A stretch of 64,000 nucleotides of DNA, taken from the NCBI GenBank assembly GCA_951406725.2, contig OX597826.1, positions 79,112,001 to 79,176,000 on the forward strand, written 5' to 3'. Below are positions 52,184-64,000 of this stretch, piece after piece (position 1 is the first letter of the stretch; each line of letters starts with the position of its first letter). The DNA is from Octopus vulgaris (Eukaryota). Under the pieces are notes generated by a model. It was given only the letters and a program-made list of their open reading frames with translations, ran no database searches and was not told the DNA's origin. Position numbers and translations under genes: made by a program.

Positions 52184-54124
52184 TATGCACACATAGACAT
52201 CTACATAGGCACCAAATCCAATATAGATCCTAGATTGCACCCAAGGTTGGTTCCAAGTATACTGTACGTGTAAAAGAACATGATAAGCAAGTTCCCCTCT
52301 GTTTTATTTATAAATCAAGTCTAGAACTGTACTTGGATCATTCTTCAGGCCATTAACAGCTGACGGTTCACTCGGTCACCAGAGTGTATTGTCACATAGG
52401 ATCACTCAGGCAATTAAAAAAAATGGTAAGAATTTAGCTTAGGATTCACAGAATAAAGGCACAGCAGAAGCTGAATCCAATCGCATTTCCATTTGTTGGC
52501 TTCATTCGTGTGTTTGTGGACATATTATAAATATGTTTATGTGTTTCATGCTAGTAGGGTGCCAAGAGCACCATCCGAGTGTGATCGTTGCCAGAGCAGC
52601 CAACTGGCTCTGTGCCGGTGGCATGTGTAAAAAGATTCGAACGAGGTCATTGCCAGTACCACCTGACTGGCCCCCATGCCGGTGGCACATTAAAAGCACC
52701 CACTACACTCTCAGAGTGGTTGGTGTTAGGAAGGGCATCCAGCTGTAGAAACTCTGCCAAATCAAGACTGGAGCCTGGTGCAGCCATCTGGTTCGCCAGC
52801 CCTCAGTCAAAATCATCCAACCCATGCTAGCATGGAAAGCAGACGTTAAACGATGATGATGATGATGATGATGATTTAATAAATACGATTAAGTTGCTCT
52901 TTCATCTATTTTGCATAGAAAATAGAAAATGTTTTGCTTAGCAACAAGGCTAAATGTGTTTTTATTAAGCATACACGTTTAAATTCATTTAAATGAGAAG
53001 ACATTTATTCCTTCTCCGGGTGGAAGGGTGGATCTGATGTTGAATGACTCGAAATCCCCTGAGTACCAGAAATACCATTAAACGGTGCATCTCAGAACAT
53101 CCACAGAATGTATCTTGGAATCGAAAATAATTGTAAGCTGTAAAAATAGTTTTGTCTGCTTTAGTGTAGAAGAACCATCAGCAGGGTGTTCGTCTTCAAA
53201 GGGTTAATAGTAATATAGGCAGAGAGAAAGAGAAAGGGGGGTGTGTGTGTGGGTGGGTGGGTGAGAGAGGGAGAGATAGAGATTGAGGGTATGGTTATCT
53301 AATCTAACTGGAAGTTCTTTATCTCACTGGGGCACTGGGGTCATCATTGAAGCTTTCTGTTAGTTAAATTCTGTATCCAATGGCAACAGGAGCATGATGG
53401 GATTCAGAACTCAGAATCGGTAAAATTACTGAACTTGAAACTGTAAAAATATCCATTTGTGTTCACTCTATTTAATGATAATAGGTAAAAAAAAACAAAA
53501 AAACCCAAAACTAGAATTCAATTAAGGTAGCTTGTATGCGGTTGGTTGAAATGCTAGATATAGCAGTTGGGAAAGATACTTCAGATAATGTGGTCAGGGA
53601 TACATTATCATCATCATCATCATCATTGTTTAACGTCCGTTCTCCATGCTAGCATGGGTTGGACGGTTCGACTGGGGATCTGGGATGCCCGAAGGCTGCA
53701 CCAGGCTCCAGTCTGATCTGGCAGTGTTTCTACAGCTGGATGCCCTTCCTAACGCCAACCACTCCGTGAGTGTAGTGGGTGCTTTTTACGTGCCACCTGC
53801 ACAGGTGCCGGGTGAGGCTGGCAACGGCCACGATCGGATTAGTGCATTTTACGTGCCACCGGCACGGAAGCCAGTCGAGGCAGCACTGGCATCGGCCACG
53901 ATTCGGACGGTGCTTTTTACGTGCCACCGGCACGGAAGCCAAAAGTTAATAAGATGGGATGGTTATGGTTGGAGCACCCTGATCATAGGTCTGTTTGATG
54001 AAAGCTAATTTGCTATGAATAAGATAAGAGACGGAGGGGGGGGGCTAAAATGGTGAAGCACCAGACTAGTTATTATTTGTCTTTATGTTCTGAGTTAAGA
54101 TCTCAATGCTTTCCTCAGTAAACT

Positions 54125-54560
54125 CCTGATGTTGTGGAGTGGACATGTAGAGCACATGCCTGGCTCCAGACTTCCTGGGCAGATTTAGTTTGGTGAAGTA
54201 GCTGTTGTTTCTTGGTCATGTGGTAGATCAAAGAAGAGATAGAAAGTCACTCTCAAGACAACCTGAGTGAAACTTAGAACGGTCTACATGGGAAGAGCAT
54301 CTTGCTCAAGATCATTCACTCTGGCATGGGACTGTGTACTCTGAAGTACAGCACTCGAAATCAGAAATGATCAGAGAAACTTAGGAGAAGGGAACTGGAT
54401 GAAAAGCAAAGGTCCCACTTGGGCCTGACCCTGCTATAACATGTCCCCGCTCCAACCATAGGTTTTATGCCAATGTTGGGTTAATAAGCCACCTCAGGAC
54501 TCTCAAAGAGTAAAGCTGGTGACCTGGTCGTCTTCAGTGACATGGAGGACGAATGTCAGG
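54125..54560 (+). pseudogene. Decayed RTE/BovB-like LINE 3' fragment
   Basis: WSGHVEHMPGSRLPGQI*FGE...GRSKKR*K.TLK (cf. W.GHV.RM...RLPK..LFGEL...GR.KKR.KD.LK) and a terminal CP...RFYANVGLISHLR. Confidence 0.65.
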
Positions 54561-54669
54561 ATCTCAGTATAGTTGATTTTTTTTTTTTTTGCCTTTTACA
54601 ACCCTCTCAGATTAATAAGTCAAATTAACTTAACTCTGAACCCTACAAACTCTCACTGCATAGATTTCT

Positions 54670-54959
54670 TATTTACATTTGACGGATACTTGTCCTCATC
54701 TTGTTTGTTGTTAACACAAATACAACTGACATACCCTCCAGCCTTCATCAGGTGTCTTGGGGGAAATTTCGAATCTGGGTTCTCATTCCTAAGGTATTTT
54801 TCAATATTATTATTATTATTCAGGTCACTACCTGGAATTGAACTCAGAATCTTGGGGTTAGTAGCCCAAGCTCTTAACCACTATGCCATATGCCTGTGCT
54901 TAGTGGTTAAGAGTGCAGGCTACTAACTCCAAGATTCCAAGTTCGATTCCAGGCAGTGA

Positions 54960-54998
<39 letters not shown>

Positions 54999-55170
54999 CA
55001 TTGAAAAATACCTTAGGAATGAGAACCCAGGTTCGAAATTTCCCCAAGACACCTGATGAAGGCTGGAGAGTATATCAGCTGAAACGTTGTGTTAACAACA
55101 AACAAGAGGAGGACAAATATCAGTCAAATGTAAATAATGTAAATAATTAATCTCTTAAATATAGAACTGC
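54670..55170 (+). mobile_element. Fold-back hammerhead/tRNA-module retroelement, copy 5 (near-complete palindrome)
   Basis: Two divergent tRNA modules meet near 54895. Hammerhead at 55048-55093(+), degenerate one at 54713-54756(-). Right tail present. TSD ACTGCATAGATTTCT at 54655-54669 and 55166-55180 (partly overlapping the element end). Confidence 0.87.
55048..55093 (+). ncRNA. Minimal type I hammerhead ribozyme motif
   Basis: GACAC-CTGATGA-A-GGCTG-gagagtatat-CAGCT-GAAAC-GTT^GTGTT. Stem I GACAC/GTGTT, stem II GGCTG/CAGCT, loop-less palindromic stem III (AACGTT). Predicted cleavage after 55088. Confidence 0.75.
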
Positions 55171-55699
55171 ATAGATTTCTGTTATACACATCCAATCCTT
55201 CTTGTTGAACTTGCTTCCCACTGCAACTTCAATCTTGACTTAGATTGTCCTTGAATCCCAACGCATTTGGTGCCTGTTTGGAAAGGCTGTGGGCATTGCT
55301 CGACCTTTTCAAGCTAATAGACTCAAAAATTAAAACAAAAAGAAACAAAAAAGAAGAAATTTTTCCTTCTGTATGAAGCTCTACTGTTTGGATGATTTGA
55401 ACTTACAACTGCAAGCTAACAAGACAACATAGATGGGTTTGCCAAGGTCATGACCTCTGCCGACCCTCTGCATTGAATGTGTTTTATGTTCGTTCATAAA
55501 ATGTCCAATAAGTTCAGTTTGCAGTGGAAAAGGGGAAAGTCTGTTGCATCATCTGCATTCACTGCTGACCTCCACTTTCCCCAGCGACCCCTTTGTCTTT
55601 TTCTAATCCCTATCGAAAGGGAAGATCATGAAAGGTTAAACTCACCCTCATTCCTGGCATCAGCTGAACTATTCCATGATGTTCCACAAACAACCCTTT

Positions 55700-56420
55700 T
55701 GACTAATTTCTGCAGAAGTAGACCCTTGGCAGCTTTTCCAGATCTCAACTTCTGTTCTAGCATAACACTGCCTTGCCCTTACCTCCCAGACGCCATGGGG
55801 TAAGCATAGGTAGGTAAGGAGGGAGGTGCTTCCGGGTGGCTGCAATTCTGGTGAGAAAGGATTGAGTTAGTGTTTAGTGCAAGAATAGAATGATAGTGAA
55901 ATGAAGAAGAGATGATGGCGATGATGATGATGATGACAGGAGAGATGGTTGCATCAGGGTGGGCATGGGTGGCAGTCATACAAAGTTTGTTGGTTGGGAG
56001 GATCTAAAGTCCTTATAGTCTGTATTAGAATAACCAGAAAGAGTGAAAGATGAGATGAGGAAGCCGGCGATCTATGGGTTAGTCATTGTAGCAAGTTACT
56101 AAGTGTGTGTGAATCTTTGTCAATCAACCGGATGGCCTATTTTGGCAGGCAGTCTCGGATGTTTGTGTGTTTGTAACAGCAGCACTGTCCCAGATATGCA
56201 AACATGATAAAACAGTTATTTACAGCTATTTACACATTGATAACCATTTGAAAAAAAAAAAAAATGTCTGGGTTTTTTGAGAGTTAAGAGTTTTGACCCA
56301 GGACTCCAGTGCACCACAGGTGACCAGATGCAAACAGTGAACTATTTGGTTGGTAAACCAAGACAACCATTTTGCTTACTGTGAGTACCATTGCATCTCT
56401 CATCTTTCTTGCGACTTGGC
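55700..56420 (-). pseudogene. Highly decayed LINE (CR1/L2/Jockey-like) 3' fragment
   Basis: Minus-strand AIRLID...L..LTHR..ASS..SLF resembles post-RT motifs (KAIRLI...L.HRR...SLSLFY). Weak. Confidence 0.35.
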
Positions 56421-59037
56421 ATTTATTTCACTTTGCATGATTATTTACTAACACTCACCATCACTATTTTCTTTGAATTCTACTGTTTTATTGTAGCAGT
56501 GCGTGTGTGTGTGTGTGCAATTTCTTTTATTAGCTATGAGTATAATTTATTAAAGTATTGGTTGTTTAAATTTACCTTCCACTACATCTACATAGTGTTT
56601 ATACTCAAGGTCATGGTTTGAGTTGGTACAATAGCTCCATATAAAATCACTTGAGCATTGCCTGGTTTATATAGGAAGCATATATTTGCGATTGTCTATG
56701 TGCAGTAAACCCCAGTTGATTGAGTTGATTTGAGGTTTATTTATTAGCATTGCAGCTACAGATTTGTTTAGGGTTGCTTCTATTAAATAATTTTCTGTAA
56801 TGGTGGTTAATTGAGAAATGCTTATTTATGAAAGCTATAAAAATTTTGGCAATATTAATCTTAAACTTCAAAGAAGCAGAAGGTGTAAACCAGATGATGT
56901 TACAGACTCTATTTCTTTGAATTGGACAGTAAGGTGTGAAGGATATATGTAATGTAAGTCTTTGAATCTGTTCGCTTTTAACACTTTATTATAATATTAC
57001 TTTATTTGATGACAAGTTGGAGATTCTTCTACTGATATTACTACTGAGACTTTTGAAAATTATGAGTGAATGTCAGGAGTTAATAATTAATATCTGTGAG
57101 ATTGCTGTAAGATATGTGCTTGTCTGTGTTTAATTTGAGGATAACAGCTAAGAAATTTACAATGGTGATAGTGTTCTTAGGCTGAAATATATGAAAGATG
57201 TTTATAAGGTAATTTAAAAAAATATATCTGATATATATTCATTGTCATGTTGAAATATAGTCAACCCATCATCTCTGTAGAAGCTCACTTTTATTGTGAT
57301 AAATTTCTTGGTGTATCTAAACTGTATTGGCCACCCACATTGGCACTCTGCACTGCCAAAGTACTCTCTGCTATGTCAAATAAACTTGTGGGATCTTAAT
57401 TTTGTTTTTTAACCCCCAGACAGAATCATCATCATCATTTAATGTCCGTGTTCTGTGCTGGCAATGTATTCAAAGAGTTTTCCTTGTGTGCATAATATAT
57501 CATTATCGTCTGTATTATCTTTTATCCTAGTAAATTCTAGGGTACTGAAGAGTAGAGGTTTAGCAATAAGACGATTAAAATTGAACAACCACAACATAAT
57601 GCCAAAGGTCTTGGTCATTGCCTCCGTGAGGCCCAACACACGAAGAGGGCTCAGCCACCTTGCCTCCGTGAAGCCCATTCAAAAGAAACTCAGCCACTTT
57701 GCCTCCATAAGGACCAACGCTCCTTATTAATTAATTAATCCAATCTCTGTTTTTCCAGGATTCTTTTGATTAATTTGCATTTGAGATGGGAAGCAAAATT
57801 AGGTTTATGGGCCTTAAATGTGATGTAACTTTCGTTCTGGCCAAACATTCTATTCTGCTATTTAATTGTATAGTCTTTGCCTCAATATTTTCGTTTCTAG
57901 TGCAGTACTCATCAGAAAATGACAGGTTTATTTGAGTACGGAATAAATTATGTAAACATGGTTGAAGGAAAATTTATAAATAAAATATTTTATATTACAT
58001 TTGGATATTTTCACGTGAAGAATGTTATTGTATCTTTGTCAGTCATTTGTCACTATAGATTCTTAATCTGTCCATCTGTCTGTCTTTTTGCCTGTCTGCC
58101 TGTCTCTCTCTCTCCTCACCCTCTTCCTCACAGTAAATTCATTTTATCAGTTTGTATCTTCTTTTGCTTTTATCCCCCCCCCCAAATGCTTTGATTTGTA
58201 AATATTAATTTTTCACATTTCTTCCTTATTGTAAAGTTATCTCTCTTCTTTTCACCTCCTCCCTCATGTGTTATTACTTACTCATGTATACCTGTCCCTT
58301 TCTCATGTTTTTATCCTTGTCCTTCCTATATTTCACTGTATTGTTAGCATGTTTTCTATGGACTTTCTCTCTCTCTCTCTTTATCTAATACACTTTTCCA
58401 CTTCTCTCAGCACAGCCACTGCTTTCTCATTCCATATTCCTAAAACATGACAGAACAAAAATGTGACACACTTTTAGATATTATAGATTTGCACTCACTC
58501 TAGCATTATAGTTTTAGTTAACATCCTTGTTTAGGACTTACTTATGGGTTCCACTTTCTACTTGTATCAGGATATATGCAAGTTTTTTTTGTTTTTTTTA
58601 TATAGATATATTTTCTTTAATAGTCTTAATATCAAAGTTTTAACTTTGTTCTTGTACAACTTTAACTGTTGGATATCTTACTTGAGAGATCATATTCAAA
58701 TGTTCTTAGTCTCTCATACACACACACACAGACATGCACATTGTGTGCATTGACACACACAGACATGCACATGTGTGCACATTGACACATCCACACACAT
58801 TTCTGCATGTACGTTTCTAACTGCAAATTGTCATTTGTTTTGGTGATGTCATTGTGATCTTTGTTGTTGTTGTTTTTTCTTTCTGGTGTTTTTTATTGTA
58901 TTGGTCACAGTAAAAGCAGTTGTTTTTGTTTTGTTTATGTCATCACACACCTACAATGGTTGTTGTAGATGTGTTGTGTCAGTTATTTACCAATTCCTAA
59001 CTCTCCATGACAAACGTTTTCCCATCTCTTGTTTCAG

Positions 59038-59130
59038 CAATGTCAAAGAGAAAGTGGCAGTAAACTTTCTCTGAAAGATTTGATTGCAAGACCTATCCAG
59101 CGGATACCCAGATATGAACTGCTAATACAG
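59038..59130 (+). CDS. ARHGEF17: RhoGEF DH-domain exon D (QCQRESGSKLSLKDLIARPIQRIPRYELLIQ)
   Basis: tttcAG acceptor and GTTAGT donor at 59131. 93 nt, phase 0/0. Contains the DH hallmark L.DL...P.QRIPRYELL; QRIPRYELL favours ARHGEF17 over ARHGEF10 (QRFPQFILL). Not present in the ORF track. Confidence 0.93.
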
Positions 59131-62100
59131 GTTAGTGATCTCTCTCTCGATCTCTCTCTCTCTCTCTCTCTCTCATGATCAAATTCACATTTCCTTGTAA
59201 TACTTTTTTTTCCCCCCACTTTTCTCAGCACAGCCACTGCTTTCTCATTCCATATTCCTAAAAACATATTATTGATTTTTTCAAGTTTATCTTTTATCTT
59301 TTCTTTCACCTTTTACTTGTTTCAGTCATTTGATTGTGGCCATGCTGGGGCACTACCTTGTAGTCAAACAAATCAACCACAATACATATTTTGAAGCATG
59401 GTATTTATTCTATTGATCTCTTTAGCAAAACTGCTAAGTTATAGGAACGTAAACAAACCAAACCAGTTGTCAAAGAAACACACACATACACACATATATG
59501 TGACGGGCTTTCACACAGTTTCTGTCTTCCAAAGTGTCACATTTGCTTTGATCATAAGTCCAAAGCCAAGAATTCAATAGGAGAGGTTAGTTGATTAGAC
59601 TGAGCATGGTACCTGATTGTGAATAAAATGTCTGCTTGGAGGAGACATGGAATCTGGAAGCTGCAGTGAAGGTGACTCGTCTAGGAGAACCGTAACATTG
59701 GATTAAAACTGACAGTTCTGAGAAGATCCCTTAGTCTTGACAATTAACTGTTTGAGTGATGATAGCATCATAAAATGTCCCCTAGTTCATGCTGTAAAAT
59801 GGTTAAATGATAAGTAATTCCAACTTGTAAAACCACACAAAAATCATGGCTGTTGTAAACATAATCATAGTCAAAGGTGTAGCTGTGTAGAAAGAAGTTT
59901 GCTTCACAATCACATGGATCCGGGTTCAGTCCCACTGCAGACAAAATGATTGGGACCTTGGGCAAATATCATCTACTAAAGCTCAAGTTGACTTTGGGCC
60001 TGTGAGTGGATTTGGTAGATGAAAACTAAATGAAGCATGTCGTGTGTCTGTGTTTGTCTTCCACCATCACCACTTGAAACTGATGTTGGTGTGTTTATGT
60101 CCTTGTAACTTAGCAGTTGTGCAAAAGAGTCTAATAGAAAAAGTATTGGGCTTCAAAAAAAAAAAAAGCATTAGGTTTGATTCATTCAACTAAAAATTCT
60201 CAGAGGCAGTGCCCCAGCATGGCTGCAGTCTAATGACTGGAACAAGTAAAAAGTAAGAGGGATAATGAAAAACCCTAATTGTGTTTAAAGCTGCAGTTCC
60301 TGACCGTTTTATACCACAGATCAGTTTCATTCAAGCCAATTTTCCAACTGATGGGATCATGTGCATAACAAAATCCATGGGTGCCACAGAGGGGGACTGA
60401 ACCCAAGAACATGTAGTTGTGAAGCTAGCTTCTTAACCACATAGCTACACCTTGTTACATGCTTTTTAAATTTTGAGTTCAAATCTTACTAAGATCTCTT
60501 TTACCTTTCATCATTCTGAGGTTTATTTTTAAAAAAAAGACAGAAAGCCCATAATTACTAGGGTCGATGTAACTTGACCATTATCGTTGAAGGCAGTGCT
60601 CTAGCATGGCCACAATCCGGTGACTGAAACCAGTGGAAAGGCACACATGGATGCACACACACACACACACACACACACAATGTTTATCATTGTGCTATAG
60701 TTATTCACCCAGGAAAAAGAAAAATCATTAATGAAAAGAAAATAGAAAAAAATACAAGCATGATCACACAACCCCACCACCACCATCGCCACTCTAATAA
60801 AACACTGAAAGGGGTTTCGCCCCCCCCCCCCCTTTACCTCTGTTGATAACATGGTTATTTTGCTCTTAGCAATGGGTCCCGCCCTAATTTCTGCAGACAC
60901 ACCCTGCCTTTTCCTTCATTTCATCTCTTACTTACTTACTCTCTGCTGTTGGCACCAGGCTCACCACCTCCTCCATTACATAGCCTCATCACTGGCAATC
61001 TCTCTATCACAATCATCCACCACCACCAACACCACCAGCAATACCTTTGCTATACCACTTCCATACTTCTATTGTAGTCACCATCATCACCACCACCACC
61101 ATCGTGGTTCTGGCTGTTGGTATTGGTGGTGTGAAAAGAGATGTTAGTGGTGGTTAGTGGAGTTTACAGAGATGCTAGTTGTAGAAGTTTGGTGGTGGTG
61201 GTGCTGGTGGTGGTAGAAATGCTGTGATGCAACCAATACTGAGTATTGGTGGTGGTGGTGGTATTGATGGTAGCAGTTGTAGTAATAGTGGTTGTAGTAG
61301 TAATTTTTGTTTGTATCGGTGGTAGTATTTGGTACTGTTTGAGATGCTGGGTTCAGGTGTAATGTCTTTGGGGAACTTGGGTTCCTTGTTGCAGATGTTG
61401 ATGTTTTCAGAGAGAGAGAAAGCGAGGGACACTGCTAATACAATGCACATATTCAAACACGTGTACAGATGTTGAAATATACAGTTAAATAGAATTCAGG
61501 TGAAAAGTTTGTAGAATGCTATGTAAAGCTCATCCACAGTTATTGGCTACCTGATGTCATTATACAGTGGAAATGCTCCTGCTACATCAGAATGTACATC
61601 AGGAATTCCATAATATCCATAAACTGCTGAAAACGACTCATCATGTTGGGTACGCATTCTCACACTGAGTGAAACGATGGTAGGATCTAAGGAAGAACTT
61701 ACTCACCTGAGAAGGTGCATTGGTGGGATGACAGTGATTACATGAAATTTCACCTGTGTACTTGGGTGTAGAAATGTGTTGAAATAAATGTAATGATTTT
61801 AAATATAGAATATCATTCGTTCCATTTTCTGTCTGTCTCGTGAAAGTTTAAAAAAACGGTGGGTGAATGTAGCAAAGACGGTGCGTGTGAGCAACGAAAC
61901 CACTTTGAGCATGATCCTGTAACTCATAAAAAGAGAGAGAGAGCACTTTGCTCTCATGTGTTTATTCCCTCTTTGCCTGAGGTTACTGTGGTCTTTTCCA
62001 TAGGCTTTTCTTTCCACAGATAAACCTAATCTTGCTTTTTACATTTTCAAAATTTCTTCTGTGATACACAATCCCCTTTGATTGCCTTTTTTTTTTCCCC

Positions 62101-62342
62101 GATCCCTTTTGATCGGAATTTTACTTCTTTTTCTCTTTTTTTTTCCTTTTTCTTTTCCACCCTCGAAAAGAAAAGCTCTACATTTGTATTTGTCCCCTCT
62201 GTGTTCAGCCCTGTGTGGCCAATAAAGAAAGTTATCTATCTATCTCCCTCTCTCCCTCCCTCCTCCTTGATTGTTGGTCTGACCCTGGGGAATGAATTCT
62301 CAATGCAAAATACCACATTTCCAGGGGAGACACATCTAGCAG

Positions 62343-62770
62343 GTCTTCCAGGGATGCTCTTCTGCTTTTGAAGTGCCTGTGCCATTTCAAAAATTGTGTA
62401 TGAACCATTACCTCTTCACCGTAAGCTCATCGAAGCATGCTCAATCTTTCTTTCATAGACTTTCCAAGTTTAACACAAAATTTCTCATTGCCGCTTTGTT
62501 TCCTGTCCATGACAAAATCGCAGACTACAGCATACACGTGATCACGAAAACAAAACAAACATATTTCACAACTTGTGAAGTAAACACAGCAAAGTCACTC
62601 AGCACACTGCTTCATGTAGGTCACTGCTAGCTCTCACTGTGTAAGCAACTGTGTGCTGCCATTTGTTGGCATGCTACAGAACTAGCCCAGGAAGTTTTTG
62701 ATAGCATTTCGTATGCACAGCTATTCATGAAACAGCTGTAAAGAGACTCCTTTATTTCTATGATACCCTT
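62343..62770 (-). mobile_element. Mariner transposon 5' remnant
   Basis: 62510->62343 reads MDRKQSGNEKFCVKLGKSMKERLSMLR*AYGEEVMVHTQFLKWHRHFKSRRASLED, the classic mariner HTH N-terminus, with one internal stop. Confidence 0.85.
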
Positions 62771-63919
62771 TACTCCAACAACTCCATTGTAACAACTCTA
62801 CAATTATGTTTGAATAATGAACTCCATGCTCTAAAGTGATACCACATGTTTTCCCTGTTCATTCTTTCTTTCTAATATATATTTTCCTCCCACTCAAAGA
62901 TGAACCACTTATAGCCATTTGTTGCTAGGCAGCTACAACACCACGTTTCGGTTTAGTTGCAGTTCAAGTCAGAGTGTTAAGTGGTAAACCAAACCCGAGC
63001 ACTTATTGTATATACCTATTACATTACGTCATTAATGCAATTTTATCTGCACTTATACCTATGTATACATACACATATGCGCACACACACACACACACAC
63101 GCGCACGCACAAAACCACACGCACTATTCTACTAAATTTGCTTCAGTACTATTTCTGAAGAATCTGAAAAATGAAACTGTCAGTAAAATAGTTTTCTTGA
63201 ATTTGTTCAGCTTTTTTACTCTCTTTCCAGTATTGAGTACTTCGTAATCATTGATGTTTGTACATCTGTGCAATTACTTAGATTTAATAATATATTTTGT
63301 ATTTTTATTACATAAACGTGTGTGTGTGTATGTGTGTGTGTGTGTGTGATAAAAAGAAAAGCCTAATGAAGAAGATTAAATCCACTCTTTTGAAAAAGAA
63401 ATGTTTGTTAAAAGTTGGCACCTAAACCTCTCTGGTGTCTTATTTCTTCGGTTCCAATCAGATTCCACTGATAATGGTAATTGTTTTTTGGTACGACCTG
63501 GTGGCAGGGGTCAGCTGAAATCTTGCCCCACCCTAGAGAGTACTTCTCATTCTAACCAGCCAGCCTCCTCCTTTACCACACTCATCATGTCTTGTGAGTG
63601 TGTGTATGTGTGTGTGTGTATACACATACCTATATACATGCATATATACACACACACACACATATATATATACATACATACACACACACATGTATATATA
63701 CATACACACACATGTATATATACATACACACACACATATATATACACACATATATATATGCATACACACATATATATATATACACACACACTTTTATATA
63801 TATATATATACACTATTATATATATATGTATATATATTTTATATATATATACACATATATCTACACATACATACACACACATTTATATATATATGTATAT
63901 ACACACACACATAAATAAA

Positions 63920-63966
<47 letters not shown>

Positions 63967-64000
63967 GTGGTGCATACATACATGTATTCCTCCACATACT

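Noticed and set aside
62728-62745. GAAACAGCTGTA resembling a hammerhead 3' half
   Set aside because: There is no upstream CUGANGA, and it lies in the 5' region of a mariner remnant.

Overview
AT-rich, microsatellite- and SINE-saturated eukaryotic genomic DNA. The repeat content suggests a coleoid cephalopod such as Octopus (inference). The only host coding sequence I can support is four small phase-0 GT-AG exons on the + strand (30703-30780, 40424-40600, 51287-51403, 59038-59130). They splice into a Dbl-homology (RhoGEF) domain most similar to ARHGEF17 (ARHGEF10/17 subfamily), separated by 7.6-10.7 kb introns. Almost all ORFs in the supplied track are low-complexity or repeat artefacts. The rest of the window holds several SINE families, Tc1/mariner, piggyBac-type and Helitron remnants, and RTE and other LINE fragments. 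The most striking signal is a dense set of minimal type I hammerhead ribozyme motifs (CUGANGA...GAAAC...GUH, with a tiny palindromic stem III) in at least six unrelated short repeat families. The best family (5 copies) is a 400-530 bp fold-back element that combines a tRNA-derived Pol III-type module, a hammerhead in each inverted arm, a one-sided ~30 bp tail and variable 11-15 bp target-site duplications. It looks like a non-autonomous, probably Penelope-mobilised, ribozyme retroelement. All structures were folded by eye and no database searches were run.
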